This document shows, piece after piece, positions 1 to 10,413 of a stretch of 64,000 bases of DNA (within the stretch, counting starts at the first letter, position 1; each line of letters starts with the position of its first letter). The stretch lies in NCBI GenBank assembly GCA_003526375.1, contig DPDG01000084.1, positions 369-64,368 of the forward strand, given 5' to 3'. Both the position numbers and the translations under genes were made by a program. The DNA comes from Lentisphaeria bacterium (GTDB lineage Bacteria; Verrucomicrobiota; Lentisphaeria; Victivallales; UBA1829). The notes below the pieces were generated by a model, which did no database searches, had not been told where the DNA came from, and worked only from the letters and a program-made list of their open reading frames with translations.

Positions 1-351
1 CGCTCCCGGTTTGCCTGTCCGTCCCAGGAGGCGCGCGTCGATCAGACTTTTACGATCAACTATTTTTACGGACTTGATTCCGTTCTGGTCACGAAAATCA
101 CACGCTATCGACACCCCTCCCGGACGCTGAGGACTTCGGATTATCAGGATACGCAAACTGTCGGCGGCTACAATTATGCGGAGAAAGTGCCCGGTTCCTT
201 CCGGCATAAAGGTTTTGCCAATGTTTCTTTTGCCGACGGGCATACCGGAACCCTTGCGCGGACTTATGTTCTGGCAAGGTCGAATGCGTATCATATACTG
301 TTTCATCCGACCGGTATTTTTCCGGATACGGGGCAATTCAACGACTGGTGA
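1..351 (+). CDS. 3' end of a prepilin-type DUF1559 / H-X9-DG pilin-like protein (5' end outside the window)
   Basis: Frame 1 is open from nt 1 to TGA at 349-351. The translation contains ...GSFRHKGFANVSFADGHTGTLARTY..., i.e. H-X9-DG. It is absent from the ORF track because it has no in-window start. It supersedes track ORF 176..400. Confidence 0.6.
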   Translation, partial: RSRFACPSQEARVDQTFTINYFYGLDSVLVTKITRYRHPSRTLRTSDYQDTQTVGGYNYAEKVPGSFRHKGFANVSFADGHTGTLARTYVLARSNAYHILFHPTGIFPDTGQFNDW

Positions 352-396
352 CAAATCCGGTCATTTCATTATAAAACTACAGAAAAAGGAGATGGC

Positions 397-927
397 ATGA
401 AAAAAATCGGGCTCATTACTGCAGTACTGCTGGCTTCGCTGGCTCTTTCCGCGAGAGAGGTGGACATTAACGGCGATTTTCAAAAGGTCACAAAATGGAA
501 GACCGCCGACGGATGGTTCAACACGGATTCAAATGGCAGGGCGGAGATCATAAAGGAAGGAGAGCGGAACTCAATCCGGATTACGTTAAAGGAGAATGCG
601 GAGTATGATACGTACCGCCGGCTGGCAAGTGTCCCGGTGAAGGCGGATGATCTGGTGACAATCCGCATGACTGCTTCAGGAAAGGGATTTCTCGGCTGCG
701 GCGTTGCCTGGACAAAGAAAGGCGCCTACACGGAAAATGACCAGAAACGGTACCGGTTGACTTCCGAGCCGAAAGAATATGTTTTTACCGGAAAACTTGG
801 TGAGCGCAGTAAAAAAGGCATGGACGGTTTTACTGTAACAGCAGTTTTGACGCCGGAAAAGCCGGGAGACGGCGGCTGGGTTCTCAAGATCGATTCGGTT
901 AAACTGGATGTCGTTCCTGCAAAGTAA
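397..927 (+). CDS. secreted CBM4/9-like beta-sandwich protein (hypothetical)
   Basis: GGAG RBS at 388-391. Signal peptide MKKIGLITAVLLASLALSA. INGDFQK...W motif typical of carbohydrate-binding modules. Confidence 0.6.
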   Translation: MKKIGLITAVLLASLALSAREVDINGDFQKVTKWKTADGWFNTDSNGRAEIIKEGERNSIRITLKENAEYDTYRRLASVPVKADDLVTIRMTASGKGFLGCGVAWTKKGAYTENDQKRYRLTSEPKEYVFTGKLGERSKKGMDGFTVTAVLTPEKPGDGGWVLKIDSVKLDVVPAK

Positions 928-940
928 CTGGAGTTTTTCC

Positions 941-3820
941 ATGAAAACAATCTTTGCGATCTTATTGGGGATGCTGGCTTACGGCATTTATGCAGGAGGA
1001 CTTCCGCGTATTAATGAAACAGGAGGGCAGGCGGAAAATATTGCCGCATTTGAAATTGTTGTTCCGGAGAAAATTCCGCTTCTGAAGTTTGCCGCAGGAG
1101 AATTACAGACTTATCTGGAAAAAGTGACCGGCTCGAAGATACCGGTTGTTGCAGAACAGACCGGAAAGGCTTTTGCCGTTGTTCTGGGGGACAATGCCGC
1201 GGCAAAGGCTGCGGGGCTGAATGTGGAAGAACTTGCGGACGAGGGATATTTCATCGTCCGGAAAGAAAATGCCATCTATATTCTCGGCAGGGACGATCCG
1301 GCGAAGTCCCCGGAACAGAATCCGTGGAGCCATTGTTACCGGCGGGGCACGCTTTCCGGAGTCTATGATTTCCTTGAACGGTTTGCCGGGGTCCGTTTTT
1401 TCTTTCCCGGAGAGATTGGGACGGTTGCCGTCAGAAAAGGGGTTGTGACTCTGCCGCAGAAGATTCATATTGTGGAACGTCCTGATTATATTGCCCGCAA
1501 ATACATTTCTCCGAATGGTATCTGGTATGAAGAAAATGACTTGTACAACGGTGTGCGGGGATATGGCATGAATTATGTCCGTCTGCGCATGGAGGAGCAG
1601 TCCATTTCGTTCGCACACGGATTGGGGCACCGCAGCTATGACAAGCGTTTCGGAGAGACTCACCCGGAATATTTCGCACTCCTTCCCGACGGCAGGCGCT
1701 TTATCCGGGAGACGGATTCCGCGACGAGGCACGCTCCGCAGCTTTGCCTTACCAGCGGAATCACCGAGGAGATTTATCTGGATGCGAAATCTTATTTCAA
1801 GGGGGAGAGCGCCGATGTCCGGCAGGCATACTGTTCTTATGGAAAATGGTGGCTTCACGGAAATGGTCTTCCGAGAAAATACTATTCCGTCATGCCGCAT
1901 GACTGGCTCTACTGGTGCGGATGCGGAAAATGCCGGAAGATCGCGGAACCGGGGCGCGACCAGACGCAAAGCCGGCAGCAGGCTGTCAGTGACTTCATCT
2001 GGCAGTTCACGGCGGACATTGCGAACCGTCTTGCTGAAGAAGGAATCAAGGGAACCGTTACCCAGATGGCATACTCTCCGTATGACAGAATACCGAAGTG
2101 TGCAATTCCGGGCAATGTGGCGGTCCAGCTTGCAGTCATGGGGCCCGGAAGACATGATCAGGCATATCATGACGGGCAGATCCGGCGATGGAGTGAAAAG
2201 CTCGGCGGGCGCAAGCTCAACGTGTGGGTCTATCCGGGAAAACATATGGGGAAAGCCGCTTTTGTTGGAATTCCCGCCATGCTGGCAAGATCTACCGCCG
2301 AATATTTCACGAAGCGCGGGAGTCGGCTCAATGGCGTGTATTATGAATCGGAAACCGATTATTTCATCTTCAATTACCTGAACTATTATGTTTTGTCCAA
2401 AGTGACATGGAATTCGGAAACCGATGTGGATGCTTTGCTGAAAGACCATTACAGAACCATGTTCGGAAGCGCCGCGGAACCGATGCAGGAATTTTTTGAA
2501 ACGCTGGAAACGCTGTGGACGGAAAGAGTTCTCGGAAAAATTCGCGAAACCTCGTATGGACCGTCTCCGGAACTTCCGAATATCCGTGACTTCTGGACGA
2601 AAATCTATACCCCGGAGCAGTTGGAGCAGTTCAAGCGGCTTTTTCAACGGGCGGAAAGGCTCGCGGTGAAAGAGCCTGATGCACGGAAACGCATTGTTTT
2701 CATGCGTGAAAAAATGCTCGGCCCCATCCTTGCCGAAGCAGAAAAATACCGGAAGATTCAGCAGTCTTTCGGTTCCTGGGAGTGTTCCATTCCCGGCAGG
2801 GTTTATCTGCGCCCTTACAAAGGGGAAATTGCGGAAGTGAAGACTGTTGTGACTTTGTCCGAGGACAGCAGCCGTTATGTTTTCAGGTATGAGTGTGAAG
2901 AACCGGAAATGAGCAGCATCATTGCCGATGCGAAAACTCCGGATGCGCCGAAACTGTATGCGGATTCCTGTGTGGAACTGTTTCTGAATCCGTCCGGCGA
3001 CCGCAGAAACTATTTTCATTTTGCCGCCAATGCAAATGGCGTCCTTTACGATGCGAAGTGTACGTTGACCCCGTCCGGCATTCAGACGGATGTAAACTGG
3101 AACAGTGGAGCGCAGGTGCAGGTGACACGTTCGGAAAAAGCATGGATTGCGGAGTTCCGGGTTCCTAAAAAAATGCTGGGGAAGATCGGAGAGGATGGTT
3201 TTCCCGTGAATTTTGCCCGCCATCGGGCTCTCGCAAATAAAAAATCCGAGATTTATTATCAGTGGAGTCCGGCTCCGGGCAGAAGTTTCCACGCCGTTGA
3301 GGATTTCGGCGTCATGAGGCGTGCCGGAACTCAGAGACGCAACCTGATTCCTGACGGCGGGTTCGATGTGGTGAAGCAGTCATCCCGCTTCGGTTCCTGG
3401 AGCTTATGGACATCGAACAAAAGTGGAAATGACAAGGCGGAACTGGATGACAGGATTTTCATCACAGACGGGAAAAGCATTCATTTTGCAAATGTGACAG
3501 GCGGGAAAATGAATGTCGTCAACTGGATTGGCGGCATAAAACCGAATACAAAATACCGCTTTTCATGTTTTATCAGAACCCGGGGGCTCAGATTGTCCGG
3601 AGATTCCAATCTGGGAGCGGGCGTTTATATCTCGGACAATGCCGGGAAGTTCACTGTCCGGGGGTTTGGACGCTATATCGGAACGAACCCGTGGTTCCGC
3701 GAGTGCGTGGATTTTACCACACCCCCGGAAACCGGCGGCAGAGTTGCCGTCGGACTTTGGATATGGGATGCCGCCGGAGAAGCATGGTTCGATGATGTAA
3801 GGCTGGAGGAACAGCCGTAA
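941..3820 (+). CDS. DUF4838-like secreted glycan-active protein with C-terminal CBM-like domains
   Basis: The ATG at 941 has a GGAG RBS and gives signal peptide MKTIFAILLGMLAYGIYA (track start 908 is less likely). GYFIVRKENAIYILGRDD and GTLSGVYDFLERFAGVRFFFPGE resemble DUF4838. The C-terminal NLIPDGGFD...WFDDVRLEE is CBM4/9-like. Confidence 0.7.
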   Translation: MKTIFAILLGMLAYGIYAGGLPRINETGGQAENIAAFEIVVPEKIPLLKFAAGELQTYLEKVTGSKIPVVAEQTGKAFAVVLGDNAAAKAAGLNVEELADEGYFIVRKENAIYILGRDDPAKSPEQNPWSHCYRRGTLSGVYDFLERFAGVRFFFPGEIGTVAVRKGVVTLPQKIHIVERPDYIARKYISPNGIWYEENDLYNGVRGYGMNYVRLRMEEQSISFAHGLGHRSYDKRFGETHPEYFALLPDGRRFIRETDSATRHAPQLCLTSGITEEIYLDAKSYFKGESADVRQAYCSYGKWWLHGNGLPRKYYSVMPHDWLYWCGCGKCRKIAEPGRDQTQSRQQAVSDFIWQFTADIANRLAEEGIKGTVTQMAYSPYDRIPKCAIPGNVAVQLAVMGPGRHDQAYHDGQIRRWSEKLGGRKLNVWVYPGKHMGKAAFVGIPAMLARSTAEYFTKRGSRLNGVYYESETDYFIFNYLNYYVLSKVTWNSETDVDALLKDHYRTMFGSAAEPMQEFFETLETLWTERVLGKIRETSYGPSPELPNIRDFWTKIYTPEQLEQFKRLFQRAERLAVKEPDARKRIVFMREKMLGPILAEAEKYRKIQQSFGSWECSIPGRVYLRPYKGEIAEVKTVVTLSEDSSRYVFRYECEEPEMSSIIADAKTPDAPKLYADSCVELFLNPSGDRRNYFHFAANANGVLYDAKCTLTPSGIQTDVNWNSGAQVQVTRSEKAWIAEFRVPKKMLGKIGEDGFPVNFARHRALANKKSEIYYQWSPAPGRSFHAVEDFGVMRRAGTQRRNLIPDGGFDVVKQSSRFGSWSLWTSNKSGNDKAELDDRIFITDGKSIHFANVTGGKMNVVNWIGGIKPNTKYRFSCFIRTRGLRLSGDSNLGAGVYISDNAGKFTVRGFGRYIGTNPWFRECVDFTTPPETGGRVAVGLWIWDAAGEAWFDDVRLEEQP

Positions 3821-3831
3821 AACTGTGGCAG

Positions 3832-3862
3832 CCGGGAGCATCCTCCCGGTTCTCCTATTTTT
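3832..3862. terminator. hairpin between convergent genes (candidate bidirectional terminator)
   Basis: CCGGGAG-catc-CTCCCGG followed by ttctcctatttttt. Confidence 0.5.
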
Positions 3863-4154
3863 TCCCGTTCAAGGTTTTGCCTAACTTGACCACAAGGGCG
3901 CGGTAAGCGGAAATCGCCTTGATGTAACAGAGCTTTTCCACAAGAGTCAGAATGACATAAATGACTCCGATCATTGCCACGGCAATGTAGTTCTTCACGA
4001 CAATCGCGGCAACAATGAAAAGCGCAAGAAACAGAATGGCGACGATTACCGCCGCCTGTTTCTGGCGTCCTGCAAGCGAAGAATCGCCGCTGCGGAGCAT
4101 GAGACGCTCCTCCAGCGGAGTGAATTCCATTTCTTCCATCGGATTCTTATTCAA
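3855..4154 (-). CDS. small membrane protein (hypothetical)
   Basis: 99-aa ORF with two hydrophobic helices (AAVIVAILFLALFIVAAIVV, IGVIYVILTLV). It overlaps the queD stop by 8 nt. Confidence 0.55.
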   Translation of the reverse strand: MNKNPMEEMEFTPLEERLMLRSGDSSLAGRQKQAAVIVAILFLALFIVAAIVVKNYIAVAMIGVIYVILTLVEKLCYIKAISAYRALVVKLGKTLNGKK

Positions 4155-4515
4155 AATAGGTGGCTCCTGAACTGGCGGATTCGCAAACTCTCACTTTGGA
4201 GACTTTGACGGTTTCCGTATTGATTTTTGCGGAGAGTGTTTTGTAGATATACATGGCGATATTTTCGCTGGTCGGATTCTTTGTCCTGAATTCTTCATGC
4301 TCATTCAGGAATTTGTGGTCGAGCCCGGCAAGAATCACATCCAGTTCTTTCTTGAGAACCTTGAAATCCAGTGCAATCCCGACCTCGTCCAAATGTTCCG
4401 AACGGATGAATACCTCCACCGTCCAGTTGTGCCCGTGAAGATTCGAGCAGTCGCCGTTATATCCTTTCAACTGATGCGCCGCAGAAAATTCCCGGCGGAT
4501 GTCCAATTCAAACAT
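4147..4515 (-). CDS. queD: 6-carboxy-5,6,7,8-tetrahydropterin synthase
   Basis: 122 aa. FSAAHQL...CSNLHGHNW...DFKVLK pattern of the QueD/PTPS family. Confidence 0.9.
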   Translation of the reverse strand: MFELDIRREFSAAHQLKGYNGDCSNLHGHNWTVEVFIRSEHLDEVGIALDFKVLKKELDVILAGLDHKFLNEHEEFRTKNPTSENIAMYIYKTLSAKINTETVKVSKVRVCESASSGATYFE

Positions 4516-4568
4516 GATGCTGTTCCTTTTTCTGTTTGTTTTCCATAACTCTGCGGCATTGGCGGATG

Positions 4569-5537
4569 TTACTGCCGTTCCAGGCGTGCGCGTGCCCGTT
4601 TGAGTGCGATCTGAAACGCGGCGGCGAAACTGCCGGTATCGGCGATGCCTTTCCCGGCGATTTCAAACGCGGTGCCGTGATCCACGCTTGTGCGGATGAC
4701 CGGCAGTCCGAGCGTCGAGTTTACGCCGCGATCAAACGCAAGCATTTTGAATGGAATGTGTCCCTGATCGTGATACATCGAAATGATTCCGTCGAAACGG
4801 TCCAGAGTGCTTTTGATGAAAAGTGTGTCAGGGGGGAACGGGCCTTCCACCTTCATACCCATTTCCTGCATGTGCATTACGGCCGGTTTTGTCACCAGCT
4901 CGTCTTCCGTCCCCATGTTTCCATTCTCGCCTGCATGCGGATTGATCGCGGCGATCCCGATTTTCGGTTCAGTGATTCCTTCGGCACGGATTGCGTTTTC
5001 CAGAAGGCGCGTCGTTTTGATGATCCGTTCCCGTGTGGCGAACTTCGGAACGTCTTTCAGCGCGATATGAGTCGTGACAAACGCAACGCGCAGGTTTCCG
5101 GCGGACTGCATCATGGCGAAATCGTCCGTTCCGCAGATTCCGGCGATCAGCTCCGTGTGTCCGGTGAAAGGTATTCCCGCCAGATTGACTGCCGCCTTGT
5201 TGACCGGCGCCGTTACAACGGCATCGACTTTTTCCGCCAGTGCGTCCCGGGCTGCCGCGCAGACCGCTTCGTATGCTTCTCTGCCGCATTGCGCGGAGAG
5301 TTCCCCGAAATGAAAACCGCCGGTTTTCATTGATCCTGTCGCCCTGACCGGATACCGGAAATCCTGTCCGGGCAGGAAACGCTTTGCCGCGTCCTCAATA
5401 ACCTCCGGGCATCCGTACACAACGATATCCGCCCCGTCCTGAAACTCCGGATGCGCGGCAAGCATACGTACAATGATTTCGGGACCGATTCCCGCAGGGT
5501 CCCCCATTGTCAGTGCGATCAGAGGTTTTCGTTCCAT
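4569..5537 (-). CDS. pdxA: 4-hydroxythreonine-4-phosphate dehydrogenase
   Basis: 322 aa. N-terminal LTMGDPAGIGPEI, TGHTE, and HGTAF near the C-terminus. Confidence 0.9.
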   Translation of the reverse strand: MERKPLIALTMGDPAGIGPEIIVRMLAAHPEFQDGADIVVYGCPEVIEDAAKRFLPGQDFRYPVRATGSMKTGGFHFGELSAQCGREAYEAVCAAARDALAEKVDAVVTAPVNKAAVNLAGIPFTGHTELIAGICGTDDFAMMQSAGNLRVAFVTTHIALKDVPKFATRERIIKTTRLLENAIRAEGITEPKIGIAAINPHAGENGNMGTEDELVTKPAVMHMQEMGMKVEGPFPPDTLFIKSTLDRFDGIISMYHDQGHIPFKMLAFDRGVNSTLGLPVIRTSVDHGTAFEIAGKGIADTGSFAAAFQIALKRARARLERQ

Positions 5538-5621
5538 AATGACTGCAATACATATCCCCTTGCACCGTCCGGAGGGAACCGGACAGTGATCCGTGGATAT
5601 GCGATATGCTCTTTCAGAATG

Positions 5622-5846
5622 TTATTTGTTCTTGAGAGCGATGTACTGCGCCTTCTTTTCTTCGAGAAGAAGCCCGACTTTGTCCGTGTCGATCGGAAAA
5701 TAATTTTTCTCTTTCAGATAGTCGAGAAAATCGAGCCAGTCCTGATGGTTCCATGTGGCGTTGTGTTTTTTCACAAAGTTCATCGGGATCGGGGACTTCG
5801 TGAGTTTCTTGAGGTTGCTTTCAGGTTTGGAGAGTGCTTTTGCCAT
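5622..5846 (-). CDS. small hypothetical protein
   Basis: ATG at 5846 preceded by an AAGGGG RBS (MAKALSKPES...). No recognised family. Confidence 0.5.
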   Translation of the reverse strand: MAKALSKPESNLKKLTKSPIPMNFVKKHNATWNHQDWLDFLDYLKEKNYFPIDTDKVGLLLEEKKAQYIALKNK

Positions 5847-6081
5847 TTTCGTTACCCCTTTCGGATTTGAGTTGTTTAACAACAAGGGACCTTTCTATGT
5901 GAAATTTGACTTCATGCATTTGACATTTCCGGTCAAAATCCCTGTTCATTAATTTACATCCATTCCCGTTTTTTTCAAATCACTGTTTTTTTTGCGCAGA
6001 AAGCTTGCGTAATTATGAATGTTATGCTAAAATGAATGGCAGATCTCTATTTGAAAACCTTATGCGGAATCTATATTTGCC

Positions 6082-6927
6082 ATGTTGAAGAAAAAAATAT
6101 ACGCAGTGATCGGCTGTCCGGTCTCCCACTCTCTTTCCCCGGTCATGCACAATGCCGCCCTGAAAGCGCTCGGACTCGATGCGGAGTACATCGCGGTGCT
6201 GGTTCCAAAAGAGGAACTGGAAGCCTTTACGCTGGATGCGCGGAAAAACCTTGCCGGCTTTAACATCACCGTGCCTCATAAGAATGCGGTCATTCCTTTT
6301 CTGGATGAAATTTCCCGTGACGCAGAACTTTCCGGCAGCGTCAATACCGTTACCGTGTCGGACGGAAAGCTTTCAGGCGTCAGCACGGACGGCTACGGGC
6401 TTGAGGCGGCGCTTGCGGAATCGTTCCGCTATGTGATCAGGGACAGCAGCGTCACGTTCATCGGATGCGGCGGCGTGGTCAAGGCTCTGACGTTTCATTT
6501 TGCCCTGCACGGAATCAGAAAGATTCATTTGTTGAACCGTACCCTTGAGACCGCTGAAAAACTGGCTGCAACTTTGAAAGAGGAATTTCCTCTGTTGAGC
6601 GTGGAAACCGCTTCCATCTCCGATGACGAGAAGGTCGGAACGTTTCTGAATGACTCGCGCCTCGCCGTTCAGTGCACCAGCCTCGGACTCAAACCGGAGG
6701 ATCCGTCTCCGATCCGCCCGGAGCTTCTGCCGCGGGATATTTTCTTTTACGATACGATCTACAAACGCACGAAGCTGTATGCCTATGCCGAGGAGCACGG
6801 CATTCCGGCAGCGAGCGGGCTTTCGATGCTTCTGCACCAGGGGGCGAAATCGCTTTCGATCTGGACCGGGCTCGAAGCGCCGGTTGAAGTCATGCGCAAG
6901 GCGCTTCTCGACGCTGCACGGATTTAA
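6082..6927 (+). CDS. aroE: shikimate dehydrogenase
   Basis: 281 aa. VIGCPVSHSLSPVMHNAA, NITVPHK and GCGGVVKA motifs. Confidence 0.9.
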   Translation: MLKKKIYAVIGCPVSHSLSPVMHNAALKALGLDAEYIAVLVPKEELEAFTLDARKNLAGFNITVPHKNAVIPFLDEISRDAELSGSVNTVTVSDGKLSGVSTDGYGLEAALAESFRYVIRDSSVTFIGCGGVVKALTFHFALHGIRKIHLLNRTLETAEKLAATLKEEFPLLSVETASISDDEKVGTFLNDSRLAVQCTSLGLKPEDPSPIRPELLPRDIFFYDTIYKRTKLYAYAEEHGIPAASGLSMLLHQGAKSLSIWTGLEAPVEVMRKALLDAARI

Positions 6928-6934
6928 CCGCGGA

Positions 6935-6966
6935 GACGGGGGAATATTCCCCGTCCAGCTCTTTTT
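6935..6966 (+). terminator. candidate intrinsic terminator after aroE
   Basis: GACGGGGGAAT/ATTCCCCGTC palindrome (one bulge), then cagctcttttta. Confidence 0.45.
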
Positions 6967-7095
6967 ACAGGGAGGGCGGCAATGATTTCCTGACCTCATC
7001 CTGACCCGTTTCCAACTTTTTCTGATTGCAAAACGGCACTTTTTGCTGTATAGTATTGTCTTAACGTTCTCAAAATAATCACTGAGGAGAATACT

Positions 7096-9597
7096 ATGCC
7101 TTCCATGAAAGATATCATCAAGGAATCCTTCCGCAAACATCTGATGTTGTCGCTCGCGAAAAGTCCCGAGAGAGCAAGCAATCTTGACCGTTACCATGCG
7201 CTTGCCCTGAGTATCCGCGACCTGATGGTGGAGCGCTGGATTGCCACAAAAGATACCTATGAAGTCAAACAGCCGCGCACGGTCTATTACATCTCCCTTG
7301 AGTTTCTCATGGGGAGGACTCTCGGCAACGCCATGATCAATCTCGGCGTTTATGATGCCGCAGTCGAGGCATTGAAAGAACTCGGGCTCAAGATCGAACT
7401 CCTGCGCGATGAGGAAGTGGACGCCGGGCTCGGCAACGGGGGACTGGGGCGCCTTGCCGCATGTTTCCTTGATTCCATGGCGACGATGGAACTCCCCGCA
7501 GGCGGTTACGGTATCCGTTACGACTATGGAATTTTCCGCCAGATCATCCAGAACGGATATCAGGTGGAAGAACCGGACAACTGGCTCAGCCGCGGTAATC
7601 CGTGGGAGATCCGCCGTCCGGAGCTTTCCCGTTCCATTCAGTTCGGCGGCAGAGTGGAGCCGTATCCGAATGCGCGCAATAAATACCGCCGCCGCTGGGT
7701 CGATACGCAGGAGGTCCTTGCGATGCCCTATGATACGCCGGTCCCCGGTTACGGCACGGATACCGTGAACACGCTTCGTCTCTGGTCCGCCGAATCCCAA
7801 TACGGATTCAATCTGTCCAAATTCAATCAGGGGGATTACATCAGCGCGAATCTGGAAGGTTCCATGTCGCAGAACATCACACGTGTGCTTTACCCGAACG
7901 ACAATAATTACGAGGGAAAGGAACTCCGTCTCAAACAGCAGTATTTCCTCGTTTCCGCTTCTTTGCAGGATATTATGGGGCGCCTTCATATGAACGGCAT
8001 CGACATCCATGAATTTGCGAAATATGCCACGATTCAGTTGAATGACACGCATCCGGCGCTTGCGATACCCGAACTGATGCGTCTGCTGATCGACATTGAA
8101 AACTTTGAATGGGACGAGGCATGGCAGATCTGCACCGAGACTTTCAACTACACGAACCATACTCTCATGAGCGAGGCGCTTGAAAAGTGGTCTGTGGACC
8201 TGCTCGGCAAACTTCTGCCGCGGCATCTCGAAATCATCTATGAGATCAATTTCCGTTTCCTGCGCCAGGTTTCGACACGTTATATCGGTGACAACGACCG
8301 CCTTTCACGGATGTCTCTCATTCAGGAACAGCCGGAAAAGATGGTTCGCATGGCTTATATGTGCGTCGCCACCAGCAAAAAAGTCAACGGTGTCGCCGCG
8401 CTTCATACGGAACTGCTCAAACACGGTCTTTTCAAAGACTTCAATGATTTCTTCCCGGATAAATTCGTCAATGTGACGAACGGGATCACGCCGCGCCGCT
8501 GGCTTAAAAAGGCGAATCAGGGGCTTGCCGGACTCATCACATCGCGGATCGGAGATGGCTGGGTGAAGGATCTTTCCGAGCTGAAGCAGCTTGAAAAATT
8601 TGCGTCGGATTCCGGGTTCCTCAGGGAACTTGCCGCCGTCAAACGCGCCAATAAGGAACGGCTTGCCGCTTATCTGCAGGATGTCTGCGGCGTGAAAGTG
8701 AATGTGGATTCGATTTTCGATGTTCAGGTCAAGCGTCTGCATGAGTACAAACGCCAGCTCCTGAATGCCCTCCACGCCATTTCCCTGTATCTTGACATCA
8801 AGGACAATCCGGGTGCCGATATTGTTCCGCGCACGATTCTTTTCGGCGCCAAGGCTGCGCCCGGATATTACATGGCAAAACTCATCATCAAGTTCATCAA
8901 TTCCGTGGGCGAGGTCGTCAACAGCGACCCCGAGGTTGCGGACAGGCTGAAAGTCATTTTCATGCCGAATTACCGTGTCTCGCTCGCGGAAAAAATCATT
9001 CCCGCCGCGGATCTTTCCGAGCAGATTTCTCTTGCCGGAACCGAAGCGTCCGGCACAAGCAACATGAAATTCGCCCTGAACGGCGCTCTGACGATCGGCA
9101 CCATGGACGGTGCGAACGTCGAAATTCACGATGCGGTCGGCAAGGACAATATTTTCATTTTCGGCATGAATGTGGATGAAGTGAACGCTCTCCGCAGTTC
9201 CGGCTACAATCCGTATGATTTCATCAACCGGAACGAGAAACTCCGCCGTGTGATCGGGCTGATCGAATCGGATTTCTTCTCACCCGGCGAACACGGCATC
9301 TTCAAGCCGATTCTGGATTCGTTCCATTATGATACCTATATGACCGCCGCCGATTTTGAATCCTACGATACGGTTCAGAAATCGGTTTCCGAACTTTACC
9401 GCAATCCGGAGGAGTGGAACCGCCGCTGCCTGTTCAATATCGCCAATATGGGCATGTTCTCCAGCGACCGCTCCATTCAGGACTACGCGACAAAAATCTG
9501 GAATCTCAAGCCGGTGAAAGTTGAAATGGAGAATTCCATCGTCATGGAAAACTCCTGCTCCTGCGGGCTTCCTGAGACCGGAACAAAGAAGAAATGA
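7096..9597 (+). CDS. glgP: glycogen/alpha-glucan phosphorylase
   Basis: 833 aa. PLP-lysine signature EASGTSNMKFALNGA. GLGNGGLGRLAACFLDS. Confidence 0.95.
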   Translation: MPSMKDIIKESFRKHLMLSLAKSPERASNLDRYHALALSIRDLMVERWIATKDTYEVKQPRTVYYISLEFLMGRTLGNAMINLGVYDAAVEALKELGLKIELLRDEEVDAGLGNGGLGRLAACFLDSMATMELPAGGYGIRYDYGIFRQIIQNGYQVEEPDNWLSRGNPWEIRRPELSRSIQFGGRVEPYPNARNKYRRRWVDTQEVLAMPYDTPVPGYGTDTVNTLRLWSAESQYGFNLSKFNQGDYISANLEGSMSQNITRVLYPNDNNYEGKELRLKQQYFLVSASLQDIMGRLHMNGIDIHEFAKYATIQLNDTHPALAIPELMRLLIDIENFEWDEAWQICTETFNYTNHTLMSEALEKWSVDLLGKLLPRHLEIIYEINFRFLRQVSTRYIGDNDRLSRMSLIQEQPEKMVRMAYMCVATSKKVNGVAALHTELLKHGLFKDFNDFFPDKFVNVTNGITPRRWLKKANQGLAGLITSRIGDGWVKDLSELKQLEKFASDSGFLRELAAVKRANKERLAAYLQDVCGVKVNVDSIFDVQVKRLHEYKRQLLNALHAISLYLDIKDNPGADIVPRTILFGAKAAPGYYMAKLIIKFINSVGEVVNSDPEVADRLKVIFMPNYRVSLAEKIIPAADLSEQISLAGTEASGTSNMKFALNGALTIGTMDGANVEIHDAVGKDNIFIFGMNVDEVNALRSSGYNPYDFINRNEKLRRVIGLIESDFFSPGEHGIFKPILDSFHYDTYMTAADFESYDTVQKSVSELYRNPEEWNRRCLFNIANMGMFSSDRSIQDYATKIWNLKPVKVEMENSIVMENSCSCGLPETGTKKK

Positions 9598-10034
9598 GTC
9601 TGTTCATGGCAGAGAAAATGAAGAAAACAATCTATTTGAGCGGTCCGATCATGGACGAATTCCACGGCGCTGCACGCGAATGGCGCGATGCGGCGAAGAA
9701 ACTGCTTTCGGACGAGTTCCGCCTGCTGGACCCGATGCGGCGGCAGTTTGTGGACCGCCAGGTGGACAGTGCAAACGAGATTGTCGAGTTCGACCTTCAG
9801 GATGTCCGCGATGCGGATATTATTCTGGTCAACTACAACAAGCCTTCGATCGGCACCTCGATGGAGGTATTTTACGCGGCATACTGCAAGGGAAAATTCG
9901 TCGTGACGTTTTCTCCGTTCCCGTTTGAGGAATGCAGTCCGTGGATCGTGAAATTTTCAACGAAGATTCTGCCGTCTCTGGAGGATGCCTGCAGATATAT
10001 CAGGAACAACTTCGGTCCGTCCTGTGCGGATTAA
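9594..10034 (+). CDS. nucleoside 2-deoxyribosyltransferase-like protein
   Basis: ATGA overlap with the glgP stop. KTIYLSGPI...ADIILVNY...GTSMEVFYA resembles the deoxyribosyltransferase-like fold. Function is uncertain. Confidence 0.5.
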   Translation: MSLFMAEKMKKTIYLSGPIMDEFHGAAREWRDAAKKLLSDEFRLLDPMRRQFVDRQVDSANEIVEFDLQDVRDADIILVNYNKPSIGTSMEVFYAAYCKGKFVVTFSPFPFEECSPWIVKFSTKILPSLEDACRYIRNNFGPSCAD

Positions 10035-10056
10035 GCGTGAACAAGGGAGATTCAAA

Positions 10057-10413
10057 ATGAAATTGACGGATGAAATCGTAAAAGCGCTTCAAGGCTGTAT
10101 TGAAGAAGGGTTCGAATCGGTTTCCGATTTCGCGAAATTTGCGAATGTCAGCGGAAACACGATTACAAAGTATCTGCGCAGGGAGACGGATTCGATCAAG
10201 GAGGACACCTGGAAAAAGATTCACCCCCTGATCAAGAATTATCTGCCGAAAAAGAAGAAAAGCGATGTGCACAAGAAACCGCTTGAACTCACTTCGGATG
10301 AGAAGATTCTTCTCGACGCTTTTGCCGATCTGACGCCCGATGTCCAGCGCCAGAAGCTGATGGAGATCATCGACCTTGCCAAGAAGTTCAACCGCAGAAA
10401 AGCGGAAAAGTAA
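10057..10413 (+). CDS. small HTH-like protein (hypothetical)
   Basis: ATG at 10057 with a GGGAGA RBS. FAKFANVSGNTITKYLRR resembles a helix-turn-helix. The track start 9985 overlaps the upstream gene. Confidence 0.5.
   Translation: MKLTDEIVKALQGCIEEGFESVSDFAKFANVSGNTITKYLRRETDSIKEDTWKKIHPLIKNYLPKKKKSDVHKKPLELTSDEKILLDAFADLTPDVQRQKLMEIIDLAKKFNRRKAEK

Noticed and set aside
176-400. Track ORF of 74 aa upstream of the first secreted protein
   Set aside because: It overlaps a different frame that is open from nt 1 and ends in a clear H-X9-DG pilin-type C-terminus. The 74-aa product looks like out-of-frame noise.
1103-3292. Very long antisense ORFs (1103..3292, 6373..8226, 16985..19054, 19342..21183, 21174..22868, 29158..30399, 36356..37453, 47024..48031, 48878..50053 and similar)
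   Set aside because: Each lies opposite a gene with strong family motifs (DUF4838-like, glgP, pckG/birA, oadA, oadB, carA, recombinase, hipA, zinc-ribbon protein). Their products are Arg/Gly/Pro-rich and low-complexity, typical of shadow ORFs in GC-rich coding DNA.
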